Assembly: GCA_000708835.1 (NCBI GenBank)
Contig: DF237413.1
Span: 1 to 64,000, forward strand
From: Klebsormidium nitens
Lineage: Eukaryota; Plantae; Klebsormidiophyceae
DNA length: 64,000 bases
Direction of reading: 5' to 3'
Positions 63,743 to 64,000 of the stretch are shown here, piece by piece. How positions within the stretch are numbered: the first letter of the stretch is position 1; the number at the start of each line of letters is the position of its first letter. The notes below the pieces were generated by a model. That model saw only the letters and a program-made list of their open reading frames with translations. It searched no databases and had not been told where the DNA came from. The position numbers and the translations under genes were made by a program.

Positions 63743-64000
63743 GTTCGGCCTCCGCCAACATTGCTAGAGGGGCCTCGAGTCCACTCTCTCTTGGACATGT
63801 CATGCTTCGCAGGACATGTGCAGAGGCGGTCAGACTGGCCAGTAGGACAGGCAGCTCTGATGGGACAGGTCCGGTGTGACGACTTTGGAGTGGTTGCGTT
63901 GGCCATCTGGAATTCCAGAGCACTTACAGGTCCATGTCTGACACATCTTGACGGTTTTATGTCCGGTTCCAATTTGAACGCTCCTGAGTGTGACCAGCTC

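Noticed and set aside
1-64000. Prokaryotic reading of the ORF track (operons, GTG/TTG starts, CRISPR)
   Set aside because: Conserved proteins such as GSA, PEBP and SEC14 are split by GT-AG introns with consistent phases. No regularly spaced repeat-spacer array is present.

Overview
This is eukaryotic, intron-rich DNA (GC-rich exons, GT-AG introns, plant-type proteins). It most resembles a streptophyte green alga such as Klebsormidium, which is my inference from composition and protein families. The six-frame ORF track therefore mostly shows single exons and antisense shadows. I rebuilt ten spliced genes by hand, checking splice phase at each junction: (1) a ~1100-aa low-complexity protein with a C-terminal RING-H2 (+); (2) a coiled-coil protein ending in a retroelement-like zinc finger (-); (3) a >1000-aa, 15-exon protein with TFxP repeats and an EF-hand (-); (4) an SRP54-M-like/SEC-C protein (-); (5) ZFPL1 (+); (6,7) a tandem pair of PEBP (FT/TFL1/MFT/RKIP superfamily) genes (+); (8) glutamate-1-semialdehyde aminomutase GSA (-); (9) a minimal tail-anchored VASt-like protein (-); (10) a SEC14/CRAL-TRIO gene (+) that runs off the window end. 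There are also weak I29-like and F-box-like relics and MITE-like repeats. The most striking unexplained pattern is a set of about 10 'splice-junction echoes': diverged tandem copies of an exon edge plus its splice site, lying 100-300 nt into the neighbouring intron. Some are in-frame with intact splice sites, others have the GT mutated. The second PEBP paralog has a ~120-aa transit-peptide-like extension and an extra in-frame 87-nt exon. I found no rRNA, tRNA or CRISPR arrays. All counts were made by eye and no database searches were run.
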